A DNA stretch of 64,000 nucleotides from an uncultured Enterobacterales bacterium (lineage in GTDB: Bacteria > Myxococcota_A > UBA796 > UBA2385). Every line of letters begins with the position of its first letter. The stretch's first letter is position 1. This document shows positions 34,481 to 43,552 of the stretch, piece by piece. Position numbers and translations under genes: made by a program. The notes under the pieces were generated by a model. The model ran no database searches. It saw only the letters and a list, made by a program, of their open reading frames with translations, and had not been told where the DNA came from. The stretch spans positions 196,653 to 260,652 of the forward strand of contig CAZCUX010000001.1 of NCBI GenBank assembly GCA_964502005.1, given 5' to 3'.

Positions 34481-35674
34481 TTACAAACGGGGACGGCCTC
34501 GAATTCCGAAGTCGTAAAAATCGACATCCACGACCGGGGGCACCAGCTCCCGCGGCAACAGCAGCGTGCGAACGCTCCACAGGTCGGCGAAGATGCGGTG
34601 GCGGGTGGTGCGGTCGAGATAGTCCACGCCGCTTGAGCCTCCGGTGCCCACGCGCCGGCCAATGACGCGCTCGACCATCCGGGCGTGGCGCGTTCGGAAC
34701 AACACAAGCTGTTCTTCGACTTCGACGACTGTATCCAACAATAGCCGAGGCCATGCGAGCAAGGGCAACGAGCGGTGGCTCTCGATGAACAGCAACGCGG
34801 CGCGAATCCGTCGGCGTCGCGCACGGGCGGCGGTTATGTCGGCTCCGGCGGGAAGGTTGGACTCATCGAGGTCTTCGGCATTGAGAAACTGGCGTGCGGT
34901 GATGCGCGATTGGGCGAAGCGAACCTCGACCTCTTCGGCGGCGGTCAAGCCGGTGGCGACCAAGCGCTCGGTTTGGCGCTGGTAATGCACATCCAGAGCT
35001 TGCTCGTATTCATCGAGAAATGCGTCGACCACGTCGTTGTCATTGGCATCACCCGGAGACGACCCATTGATGGGCGTGCGGTACAGCCAATCGTGGAGGC
35101 CTGCGCGAATGGTGTGGCCTTGCTGTGCATCCGCGGTGGCCTTCGACAGCCGCTCCCAGGCCAATGCGCCTGTTGGCGAATGTTGGGCGAGTTCGCGGAT
35201 ATGGTCGAGCGCATCGGTCTTCCCGTAGGTTTCCCGGTGGTCGGGCTGGAGACCAAGGACGATCTCCAGCTCGCGCATCTGAAAGCTCTGAAACCCACTC
35301 GCGGGCATCAGCTTTTCGCGGAAGCCCAAAAAGTCCTGGGGTGTGAGCGTCTCAATGATGTGAAACTGCTCGACCGCGAGGCGAAGAATTTGCCCCACAC
35401 GGCGCAAGTGGTGGACCACATGGGGAATGGTCGCTTCATCGACGGGGCCTTGGAGAAACAACGAGACCGTCTCGCGTAGCTCCCGCAGCACCATCTTGAA
35501 CCACAGCTCATAGGCTTGATGGACGATGATGAACAGCAGCTCATCGGGAACCATCGACGCTTCGTCGCCCTCTAGGCCTCCTTGGAGCGCAAGAAGTTTG
35601 TCGAGGGAGAGGTAGTCCCAATAGTTCGGGACACGGGGCGTAGGCGCCGAAGGGGAGGGGGGAAGGGTCGTCAC
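34481..35674 (-). CDS. kynA: Tryptophan 2,3-dioxygenase
   Basis: GGAGG lies upstream of GTG 35674. YWDYLSLDKLLALQ...DELLFIIVHQAYELWFKMVLRELR is the TDO signature helix. The C-terminal GGSSGVDYL block carries the heme-proximal region. The 134 codons upstream in the track ORF are not protein-like. Confidence 0.8.
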   Translation of the reverse strand: MTTLPPSPSAPTPRVPNYWDYLSLDKLLALQGGLEGDEASMVPDELLFIIVHQAYELWFKMVLRELRETVSLFLQGPVDEATIPHVVHHLRRVGQILRLAVEQFHIIETLTPQDFLGFREKLMPASGFQSFQMRELEIVLGLQPDHRETYGKTDALDHIRELAQHSPTGALAWERLSKATADAQQGHTIRAGLHDWLYRTPINGSSPGDANDNDVVDAFLDEYEQALDVHYQRQTERLVATGLTAAEEVEVRFAQSRITARQFLNAEDLDESNLPAGADITAARARRRRIRAALLFIESHRSLPLLAWPRLLLDTVVEVEEQLVLFRTRHARMVERVIGRRVGTGGSSGVDYLDRTTRHRIFADLWSVRTLLLPRELVPPVVDVDFYDFGIRGRPRL

Positions 35675-35807
35675 GGTGCCTCCAAGTGACAACACTGTAA
35701 TGCTGTCCGGGCCGCTGCGTGATGGCCGGACCCCGGTGGAGGGTACGAATGTGCTACCTTTCCGCGCACTTTGGCGGCCGTCGTCGTTCGCCAGCAGGAG
35801 GCAAGCA

Positions 35808-36917
35808 ATGATTCGTCCGGTCCGTATGGTGGCGCTGGCTTCGGTTGTGGGTGTTTGGGGTGGTTGTGACAAAGCGTCTACGGACCCTGCCGTGCCCAAA
35901 GCAGCGGTAGAGAAGGCGTTTGCAGACGCAAACCCCGGCGGTCGCTCGTCCGTGGAGCTGGGCGGTCGAAATGTGTGGCTCGAAGCGGGGATGTTTGTCC
36001 CCGGATGTCTGGAGTCCAAAGACCTCGCATTCAACGACATTCCCGCCGAGCGTCCTTCGGGATCTGCGCCGCGCATTTCGCCGACGTATGCGAACCAGCG
36101 CTACATCACGGGCACAAGCGAGCGCGGCGTTTGTGTGGTGTTGGGCGCCGACCCCCAAGCCACGGTCACCAACGTGGTGTACGACGGTGCCGAATGGGTC
36201 GTCGATTACACTGTCGCCGTCTCGGAGCCAACGCCTTGGTTTGAATGTTTGATGGACCGCATCAAAAACAACCAAGCCACGGTCAAAATCGCCGAGGACG
36301 GCACCGCGAGCGTGCAGCAGGACCTCACCTTGTTGCGGGGCGGCTGCTCCCTCGACCTGCCCAAAGATGTCGAGCGACGGGGGGGTGACCGCCCGACCGC
36401 GAAGCCTCCAAAGCCGCCCACCGCCGAGGCCGTCGCCGCGCTCGCACGCGACTTCGACAAAGCGCTCTTTGAGGCAGACTTTGTGGCCGCGCGAAAGTTG
36501 GTTCGCTGTGTCAACTTGTTTGAATCGCCCATGTGGGATGCGTGCGCCCTTTCGGAGCTGATTGCGGTGGGGCCGTCGTTTTCGGGCGAGCCGCGTGGAC
36601 GCGACGGCACCCCTTGGATGGAATACGTCGTGCGCGGCCCGGATGAGTTTGCGCGGATTGTGCCGGAACGTGGTGACCCTACGCTTTTTCACGTCATGAT
36701 GAAGCACAAGCGGAGCGGCGCCGACCGCAGCTTTACGGTGCAGTGGGCAGACGGAAAGTGGCATTTGTTTGGCGTGGTGCAGCTCAAGGCCGAAGGGCTC
36801 ACGGCGATGCGGTTTGTCAACGACCTGCACGACCGCAAGAAGATGGACATTCTTGAGCGACGCATCAAGGGCGACAAGATTGACCATCTCGGCAATCCCA
36901 TCGAAGAAGAGGAATAA
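35808..36917 (+). CDS. Lipoprotein, function unknown
   Basis: AGGAGG lies upstream of ATG 35808. The lipobox is MIRPVRMVALASVVGVWGGC. Confidence 0.7.
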   Translation: MIRPVRMVALASVVGVWGGCDKASTDPAVPKAAVEKAFADANPGGRSSVELGGRNVWLEAGMFVPGCLESKDLAFNDIPAERPSGSAPRISPTYANQRYITGTSERGVCVVLGADPQATVTNVVYDGAEWVVDYTVAVSEPTPWFECLMDRIKNNQATVKIAEDGTASVQQDLTLLRGGCSLDLPKDVERRGGDRPTAKPPKPPTAEAVAALARDFDKALFEADFVAARKLVRCVNLFESPMWDACALSELIAVGPSFSGEPRGRDGTPWMEYVVRGPDEFARIVPERGDPTLFHVMMKHKRSGADRSFTVQWADGKWHLFGVVQLKAEGLTAMRFVNDLHDRKKMDILERRIKGDKIDHLGNPIEEEE

Positions 36918-36922
36918 CGAAC

Positions 36923-38674
36923 GTGAAGGTGACCGTCGAGGGACCGCTGGTGGACGCGGATGCCGCGTGGCGCTTGATTTCCGAGACGGGCTTGTTGTTG
37001 CGCCTCGCGGGCGCGCCGCCGGTACGCATTCGCCTCGCCGAAGACGGCGATGGTGAGGTGATTCCCAGCGGTACGATGCTCGGCCCTGCCGGGCTGCGGC
37101 ACGCATTCGAAGACGCGGGCCTCTCGTGGGTCCGCGGGCAGCACTTGCACCTGGAGCGGCGGATTCAAGGTCCGCTGCTGCGGAGCATTCGCCTGACCGC
37201 GACCCTCACCCCCGCAGACGGCGGAGTGCAGCCGACCCTCACGTTGGAGGTCGAGCCGCGCATCGGCGCGAGCAGCGGCTTGGTTTCCCTCTACACCCGC
37301 GGCGTCGTAAGCGGCTGGAACCGCGAGCTGGCGGCACTTCCGGGGCCGGGACGGATGGGGGAGCCCCGCGTCCGGCGCGCGTTGGACATCACGACACTCG
37401 CGGCCTTGTCGCGGTGGAGCGAGCGCGGCGCAGGAACGGCCCTGCGGGCGCGGGTGGAGCGCTGGATGCGCCAAGCGCCGCTCCGGCAGCTTCGACGCTT
37501 GTCCCCCCTGGGATTGGCCGAAGGTTGGCAAGAGGACGGTGAGCTCGACCGCGCATCGGCGGTGTTGGACGAGTTGGTAGAAGGCATCGCGGCGGGCGCC
37601 CTGGACCTCCATTGGGCGGTGGTTTGCCCGCGCTGTGCCGCGCCTGTGCAGCAAGTCGAGGCCCTCAATCGTCTACCGGAGCAAGCGCGATGCCCGTGGT
37701 GTGGGGTCACGAGCCCGGTAGACCTTGTCTCGACCGTAGAAGCGGTGCTCGCGGCGCCAGGCTGGCTTGGGTCGGGCGAGCCGTCTTGCCACTCGTTGGC
37801 CGCCGCATCGCCGGAAACAGTCGCGGCGGTCTTGTTGTCGCCCCGCAGCGCCCATTCTTTTGCGCTTTCACTCCCGCCAGGGGAGTATCGCCTCGTTGCC
37901 GGTGCGGGTGCCGGACGCCTCGATGGTGTGCTGCAGGTCACCGAGGGCGGCCCTGCTGCGGCCCAATGGACCCCCGGACAGGGTCCGGTGGCTGTGGGGA
38001 CAGGTGTGGTGTCGCTGCTGGTGCAAAACCCCACGGGACGCCGCTTGTTCGTGCGAATGCTCGAAACCTCCGGTTTGCGACCGCGCACACCCGCGTTTGC
38101 GTTGTTGTGCCGACCGCGGTTTCAAGCCCGGCTCGGCGGCCAAGCGCCGGCGCCCGATGTGCTCCTCGCCGTCGGCGATGCCACCGTTATGTTTACTGAC
38201 CTTACCAAGACCGCGCAGTACTTTTATCGCCATGGCGACCGCGCGGGCATTCACCATATTCGGCGTCGTTTGGACATCATCGTGCGGGGCGGCCAATCGG
38301 CCGGCGGCATTCGCGTGAAGACATTGGGCGACGGCGTGCTGATGTTGTTTTCTACGCCTCTGGCCGCAGTGCAGGCGGCGCTCGCGATACTCGCAGGACC
38401 GGCGGCGGGGAAGGGCGATGAGCCCCATTTGCGCGTGGGCATTGCCCGTGGCGCGCTTCTGACCGAACACACCGACGCGGCGGGCTTTGATTGCTCGGGT
38501 GCGACCGTGTCGGAAGCAGCGCGTGCGGTGTACGGCGCGGCGCCCAATCAGCTCAGGATGACGGCCAGCGTCGGAGACCACCCTGCGGTTCGGTCATGGT
38601 TGGCCCATGTGGAAAAGGAAGTATTGACCGACAAAGATGGCCTTCGGACTTTGTGCGTCGAGGCCATTTATTAG
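36923..38674 (+). CDS. Class III adenylate/guanylate cyclase with a large N-terminal region containing a Cys4 zinc-ribbon-like motif
   Basis: GTG start at 36923, 6 nt after the upstream stop. The Cys motifs are CPRC...(20 aa)...CPWC. The C-terminal catalytic blocks are TVMFTDLTKT and IRVKTLGDGVLMLF. Confidence 0.7.
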   Translation: MKVTVEGPLVDADAAWRLISETGLLLRLAGAPPVRIRLAEDGDGEVIPSGTMLGPAGLRHAFEDAGLSWVRGQHLHLERRIQGPLLRSIRLTATLTPADGGVQPTLTLEVEPRIGASSGLVSLYTRGVVSGWNRELAALPGPGRMGEPRVRRALDITTLAALSRWSERGAGTALRARVERWMRQAPLRQLRRLSPLGLAEGWQEDGELDRASAVLDELVEGIAAGALDLHWAVVCPRCAAPVQQVEALNRLPEQARCPWCGVTSPVDLVSTVEAVLAAPGWLGSGEPSCHSLAAASPETVAAVLLSPRSAHSFALSLPPGEYRLVAGAGAGRLDGVLQVTEGGPAAAQWTPGQGPVAVGTGVVSLLVQNPTGRRLFVRMLETSGLRPRTPAFALLCRPRFQARLGGQAPAPDVLLAVGDATVMFTDLTKTAQYFYRHGDRAGIHHIRRRLDIIVRGGQSAGGIRVKTLGDGVLMLFSTPLAAVQAALAILAGPAAGKGDEPHLRVGIARGALLTEHTDAAGFDCSGATVSEAARAVYGAAPNQLRMTASVGDHPAVRSWLAHVEKEVLTDKDGLRTLCVEAIY

Positions 38675-38688
38675 CGGCGCCAAACAGT

Positions 38689-38717
38689 AATATAGCACAT
38701 GTTTTCGAGATTTGCAA
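38689..38717 (-). promoter_or_regulatory. Second copy of the TTGCAA-N17-TGnTATAYT promoter-like module
   Basis: The minus strand reads cacTTGCAAatctcgaaaacatgTGcTATATTact. The geometry and flanks match the module at 17730-17758. It lies in the gap between convergent genes and points into the 3' end of the cyclase gene. Confidence 0.4.
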
Positions 38718-38790
38718 GTGTAGCCGCTTCGACCGACCGCATGTTGGCCCATCGTCCCGTGACGACGGAGCGAACGTTGGGTTTGTATGC

Positions 38791-39645
38791 CTAAAGGTCC
38801 TCGTTGAGCACGCCAAATCCCCCTTGCACAAACTCGCGCAGGTATCGGAAATCGCTGGTCCGTGCCTCTTCAGGCGTTCCTTGAAACGCGATGCGTTTGT
38901 CGTATACCATCGCCAACCGGTCCGTCACGGTGAAGACCGTGTCCATATCGTGCGTCACCACAATAGAAGTAACGCCCAGCTTCTCTTGCAACGACAAGAT
39001 AATCGTGTTGATTCGCCGCACGTTGACGGGGTCAAGGCCGGTGGTGGGTTCGTCATACAAGATAACTTCTGGCTTGATGGCAATCGCCCGTGCTAGCCCG
39101 ACGCGCTTTCGCATTCCGCCCGATAGCTGCGCGGGCTTTTTGTTTTCGATGCCTGGCATGTCAACCATTTCGAGGACTTCGGCCACGCGGGCGTCCATCT
39201 CGGCCTCGGTGCCCCAGCCGTGCTCCCGCAGCGGATACTTGATGTTTTCTGCGACGGACATCGAGTCGAAGAGCGCAGCACCTTGAAACAGCATCGCGAC
39301 GCGGCTTCGCAATCGCAGCAGCGCCGTTTCGTCCATCTCGGCTACGTTTTCGCCGAAAACGCGGATATTGCCCCGGTCGATTTCAAGGAGTCGAATCAGG
39401 AGCTTGAGCATTACGCTCTTTCCGACACCGGACCCGCCGATGATGGTCAAGGTCTCGCCGGGGTATACGTCGAGGTCGAGTCCTCGGTAAATGTTGAGGG
39501 CGCCGAAGGATTTGTGCACATCCCGAAAGGTAATGATGGGCGTGGCACCTGGCCGTTCATGGGGACGAACGCGGTCGGCAGCGCGAAAGGCCTCGGCGCG
39601 CTCGCGAACGTGTGCAGGCAGGTCGGGCGAGGGGGCGTGGGACAT
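38791..39645 (-). CDS. mlaF: MlaF-like ABC transporter ATP-binding protein
   Basis: Walker A is GGSGVGKS. The signature is LSGGMRKRVGLARA. Walker B is ILYDEPTTGLD. The overall pattern is that of MlaF/Ttg2A. Confidence 0.8.
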   Translation of the reverse strand: MSHAPSPDLPAHVRERAEAFRAADRVRPHERPGATPIITFRDVHKSFGALNIYRGLDLDVYPGETLTIIGGSGVGKSVMLKLLIRLLEIDRGNIRVFGENVAEMDETALLRLRSRVAMLFQGAALFDSMSVAENIKYPLREHGWGTEAEMDARVAEVLEMVDMPGIENKKPAQLSGGMRKRVGLARAIAIKPEVILYDEPTTGLDPVNVRRINTIILSLQEKLGVTSIVVTHDMDTVFTVTDRLAMVYDKRIAFQGTPEEARTSDFRYLREFVQGGFGVLNEDL

Positions 39646-40409
39646 TAGGCGTAGACCGCGGTGAGGACTTGCGTGAGGAGGAAGTCTGCGACGAGGATAG
39701 TGACGGAAATATAGACGACGGACGCTGTGGTTGCGCGTCCGACACCCTCGGTTCCGCCGTGGGTCCGCATGCCATTCCAGCAGGCAATCAATGCGATGAT
39801 TGAGCCGAAAAACAGACTCTTGATGAGGCCGTGAACCACGTCAGATACGAGCAAGGCGTCGAGCATGGTTTGTACGCTAAACTTGAGCGTCATTCCCACC
39901 TGCGCCACCGTGATGACCACGCCGCCGACGCACCCGACGACGTCTGCCATGATGGTCAATAGGGGAATTGCGATGGTCATCGCGACCACGCGCGGCAGCA
40001 CGAGCTTTCTCACGGGGTCGGCGCCGAGGGCACGAATGGCGTCAATCTGCTCTGTGACCGCCATACTGCCGATTTCCGCGGTGATGCCCGCGCCCACGCG
40101 CCCGCCAACCAAGAGGCTCGTCAGGACGGGGCCAAGCTCGCGTACAATGCCGATGCCAACGAGCTTTCCGGTATACATTGTCGCCCCAAAGGGCTTCAGG
40201 CCCACGGCAAACTGGGTCGCCATGACCATACCGGTAAACACCGCTGTGAGGAGGGTAATGGACCAAGAGTCCACGCCGCCTTGCTCCAACTGCACCAGCG
40301 TGAGACGCCACTCAAACGGTCGACGAAAAAGCTCTCGTACGGTCTGCATAGTGAGCAGGGTGATTTCACCCAGCGCCGAAAAGAACGTGACAAGAGGGTT
40401 GGTGCTCAT
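39645..40409 (-). CDS. mlaE: MlaE-like ABC transporter permease
   Basis: The blocks VRELGPVLTSLLVGGRVGAGITAEIGSMAVTEQIDAIRALG are highly characteristic of MlaE. ATG 40409 overlaps the upstream stop (ATGA). The stop overlaps the mlaF start (TAATG). Confidence 0.85.
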   Translation of the reverse strand: MSTNPLVTFFSALGEITLLTMQTVRELFRRPFEWRLTLVQLEQGGVDSWSITLLTAVFTGMVMATQFAVGLKPFGATMYTGKLVGIGIVRELGPVLTSLLVGGRVGAGITAEIGSMAVTEQIDAIRALGADPVRKLVLPRVVAMTIAIPLLTIMADVVGCVGGVVITVAQVGMTLKFSVQTMLDALLVSDVVHGLIKSLFFGSIIALIACWNGMRTHGGTEGVGRATTASVVYISVTILVADFLLTQVLTAVYA

Positions 40410-40897
40410 GAGCGCCGGGCCTGAAAGCCGTCGACGACATTTCGAAATGCGGGCCAACCGGCGTCAAAGGTTGTCGGGGGCGCAAAATAGAGGAGGTCGT
40501 AGAGGCAGTCGTTCTTCTTGGTGACGACGGCGCCTACCTTGACGGCGACGCCATCGATGTTGCCATCCCAGATTCGCACCAGTGCATCGCGGTTGTCGAG
40601 GCGTAGCATCTCGTCGCGAGTAGGTAAACCACTGGCGATGCCAAAAGTCAAGTGTGTCGCAAGGTCTTCGAGTCTGCCGTCTTCGTACCGTTTCCCACAG
40701 TTTGCGCTGGTGTAAATGGTCCCAAATATTTCTGGGTGATACCAGGCATGGTCCGCCGAACCCGGCGACTGCGCCTTCCAGCCCTCGCCAGGATTGCCGA
40801 CGGAATAGCCAGGGGAAACGCGCCTATCGGTTTTGTGTCGACATGCGCCGAGCGCGGCAAATCCGACCAACACCATCATCGCCCGTGAATGGGTCAT
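40406..40897 (-). CDS. Lipoprotein, function unknown (163 aa)
   Basis: Start ATG 40897. The lipobox is MMVLVGFAALGAC. The gene is coupled by ATGA at both ends. Confidence 0.65.
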   Translation of the reverse strand: MTHSRAMMVLVGFAALGACRHKTDRRVSPGYSVGNPGEGWKAQSPGSADHAWYHPEIFGTIYTSANCGKRYEDGRLEDLATHLTFGIASGLPTRDEMLRLDNRDALVRIWDGNIDGVAVKVGAVVTKKNDCLYDLLYFAPPTTFDAGWPAFRNVVDGFQARRS

Positions 40898-41640
40898 GTT
40901 GCAGACTCGGAGGCGGCGGTCGACTCTTCTTTGGTGAGGGTCATGAAGACTTCTTCGAGGTCGGCGGAGCCACGCCCGGACAATAGCTCTTCGACGGTGG
41001 CAAAGGCAACCAAGCGACCCTTGAACAAAATGCCGATGCGGTCGCATACTTCTTGGGCGGTGTCGAGGGAGTGGGTGGACAAGAAGACCGACCGGCCGCT
41101 GTCTGCGACTTCGCGAAATCGCTCCTTGATGCGCTTCGCGCCGTGGGGGTCGAGGCCCACCATCGGTTCGTCCACGATGAGCACACGCGGTTCGTGCAGA
41201 AGTGCGGCAGACAAGACGAGGCGTTGCTTCATGCCGTGGCTAAACGCTTCGACCAGCTCGTCGGCGCGCTCCAGGAGGCCGTTTTCGTCCAAGAGACGGT
41301 CACCTCGGTGCTCGATGGTCTTCCGGTCGAGGCCGTAGATTCCGCCAACGAACGCCAAAAACTCACGCGCGGTGAGCTTGTCGTACAAGTAAGGACGGTC
41401 AGGAATATATCCAATCCGGCGGCGGCTCTCGACCGGATTGGCGATAATATCGATGCCGTCGATGTGAATGGTGCCCTTGGAGGGAACCAACACCCCGGAC
41501 AGCATCCGAATCGTTGTTGTCTTTCCGGCTCCGTTGGGTCCAAGAAAACCAAAGACTTCTCCGGGCCGAACGTGCAAGTTCAACGGATGGAGCGCCTGAA
41601 ATGTCCCATATCGTTTTTCAACGTTTTCAATTCGAATCAT
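40894..41640 (-). CDS. ABC transporter ATP-binding protein (ABC-2/drug-export type)
   Basis: Walker A is GPNGAGKTT. The signature-like block is FSHGMKQRLVLSAAL. Walker B is LIVDEPMVGLD. The H-loop is LSTH. Confidence 0.85.
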   Translation of the reverse strand: MIRIENVEKRYGTFQALHPLNLHVRPGEVFGFLGPNGAGKTTTIRMLSGVLVPSKGTIHIDGIDIIANPVESRRRIGYIPDRPYLYDKLTAREFLAFVGGIYGLDRKTIEHRGDRLLDENGLLERADELVEAFSHGMKQRLVLSAALLHEPRVLIVDEPMVGLDPHGAKRIKERFREVADSGRSVFLSTHSLDTAQEVCDRIGILFKGRLVAFATVEELLSGRGSADLEEVFMTLTKEESTAASESAT

Positions 41641-41701
41641 CGACCTTCCAAGCCTCCCTGACGGGATAGGGCCAACGTAGCACAGCGGGTCAACATCGGG
41701 A

Positions 41702-43225
41702 TTACGGACTTGCTTCGGCTTCGTTCACTACAAAACCAAGTCGACCCATATACGCCATGATTTCGATTTGGCGGTCGAGGTCGCCTTCGACGAGCTTGAC
41801 GTGGGTGGCGTCTGCGGGAAACTGGCCGAAGGTGGGGTCGAGGGGCACCCAGTCGAGGTTCGGACCCATACGAACTTCGGGCCATGCGTGATAATAAAAC
41901 GCGCCTACACCTTGGGTGCCGGGGACGCGGTCGCTATAAACCACACCGGCGGCAATTCGCGCGGGAATGCGGGCTGCACGCGCCAATGACACAAACAAGG
42001 CGGTGTGTTCATTGCAGTCGCCTTGGCCGCGGTCCAGCACTTCAAGTCCGTTGGGAACGCCGACCACTGGGATGTCTTCGACGTAGGTGTCGACAAACGC
42101 GGCGATGCGCTGTGCCGCGCTAAGGCGGTCGGGGGCGTCGCCGATGACGGACAGGGCCTTCTCGCGCATCCGCGGGTGTGCGGCAGGGATCGTGTAGGTG
42201 TCGGCGAGCCACTCCTCCGCATCCGGCTCAACGGCGACGTCTGCCGCGATTGGCGTGCCAGAAACCAATGCCGATTCGGTTGCGCGGGTGATGACAAGAG
42301 TGTCGCCATCGCGCTGTTGGAGGGGAGGGAACGCGGGCACACGGCTTGCGGCCTCTCCAACGATTCCGAGCGAGAGGTGGTGGGTGGTGCGAGGTTCGCG
42401 AATTCGTCCTTCAGCGCGCACGGCGGATTGGGCGATGAGGTCCACGGGCCCTTCGGACTTGGGCACGGCTTGGGCCTCCTCGCGGGTCATGCGCACGGAC
42501 TGCAGTCCCAGTGCGGATTCTTCGCGGAGGACGTCGCCCGATGTGGTGACGAGCATCCGGGTTTCGACACCGGAAAAGGAGCGCGTGAGCCACCAAGCCT
42601 CTTCGCTGCCGTAGACAATTTCGGCGCCATCGACGTGAACCTCCATTGTGCCTTCGGCGAGGGTCACGGGGTCGAAATACGGGAGCGACAGGGTTGCGCC
42701 TTCGACCAAGTCGGCGTCGGCGATGAAGCGCTCAAACGAAAGGCCGACGGCAGGAGGTTTGGTGACCGGGAATCGAAGGACGCTGGTCTCTCCGGCTTGG
42801 TGAACATCCATCACAATCTCGTTGCCTTGCACCTCGCCTTCAACGCTCAGTCGCACGGGGTCAGCCGCCATGAAGAACTCGAAGTTCTGCAGTGTGCCAC
42901 CGGCGTCGACTTTGGCCGTCCCCGCAGTGATGACCTCTTGCACCTGTCCGGCCGCAGCAAAGCGGAAGCTCGACCGTTGCTCGTAAAGCTGCCCTCCATC
43001 GGTAGTGGGCGCCGTACGCGACACGGAAAACCCGACATGGTGTTCATGAAAAAAGATTCCGTACCAACGCTCGCGGGAGGGCCCTGCGACCAACGCGGCG
43101 GGATCGATGGGTACGATGACACCGGTATCATCGGGCTTTTGGGTAAATGCGACAGCAAGCCCAACGAACGCGACGACCGAAGCGACCTCGACGGCCAGCA
43201 GAACGGGCGGTTGTCCACGAACCAT
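41702..43225 (-). CDS. Membrane-anchored transglutaminase-like domain protein
   Basis: GGAGG lies upstream of ATG 43225. One N-terminal TM segment is present. The C-terminal core GQGDCNEHTALFVSLARAARIPARIAAGVVY...FYYHAWPEV carries the Cys and His of the transglutaminase-like fold. Confidence 0.75.
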   Translation of the reverse strand: MVRGQPPVLLAVEVASVVAFVGLAVAFTQKPDDTGVIVPIDPAALVAGPSRERWYGIFFHEHHVGFSVSRTAPTTDGGQLYEQRSSFRFAAAGQVQEVITAGTAKVDAGGTLQNFEFFMAADPVRLSVEGEVQGNEIVMDVHQAGETSVLRFPVTKPPAVGLSFERFIADADLVEGATLSLPYFDPVTLAEGTMEVHVDGAEIVYGSEEAWWLTRSFSGVETRMLVTTSGDVLREESALGLQSVRMTREEAQAVPKSEGPVDLIAQSAVRAEGRIREPRTTHHLSLGIVGEAASRVPAFPPLQQRDGDTLVITRATESALVSGTPIAADVAVEPDAEEWLADTYTIPAAHPRMREKALSVIGDAPDRLSAAQRIAAFVDTYVEDIPVVGVPNGLEVLDRGQGDCNEHTALFVSLARAARIPARIAAGVVYSDRVPGTQGVGAFYYHAWPEVRMGPNLDWVPLDPTFGQFPADATHVKLVEGDLDRQIEIMAYMGRLGFVVNEAEASP

Positions 43226-43552
43226 CGGGCCTCCAGGCACGCGACCGCGCGCGACGTTGCGCGCCGGCGGGGGTGAGGGGGAAGGATATCGTAGTCAAGA
43301 AGACTTGGCGCAGGTCGGCCGGGATGGGTGCGTGGGACTCGCTTCCTTTTTTGGAGTTTGGTGGGGCTGTTGGGGCGCCGTCGGATCTTTGTTTTCGGTT
43401 CGCAGAAGAAACATTACGCGGGTTTCTCCGCCCATGCCGCTTGAATTCGCCATAGGATACGATTTCTACCGGTAATTCTCCTTGAGAACTGGCGACCGGG
43501 AACCGAGGGTGTCGGCTTGCATTCGCACCGCTGCCCATAAGGAAAAGAGAAG

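Noticed and set aside
35675-36076. 5' extension of the tryptophan dioxygenase ORF (and similarly 49348-49893 for ctaB)
   Set aside because: The upstream translations are Pro/Ser/Arg-rich with no similarity to the family. Internal starts with GGAG(G) sites coincide with the start of the conserved regions.
35754-37106. 450-aa minus-strand ORF
   Set aside because: It lies antisense to the lipoprotein gene (35808-36917) and to the start of the cyclase gene. It is Arg-rich and low-complexity.
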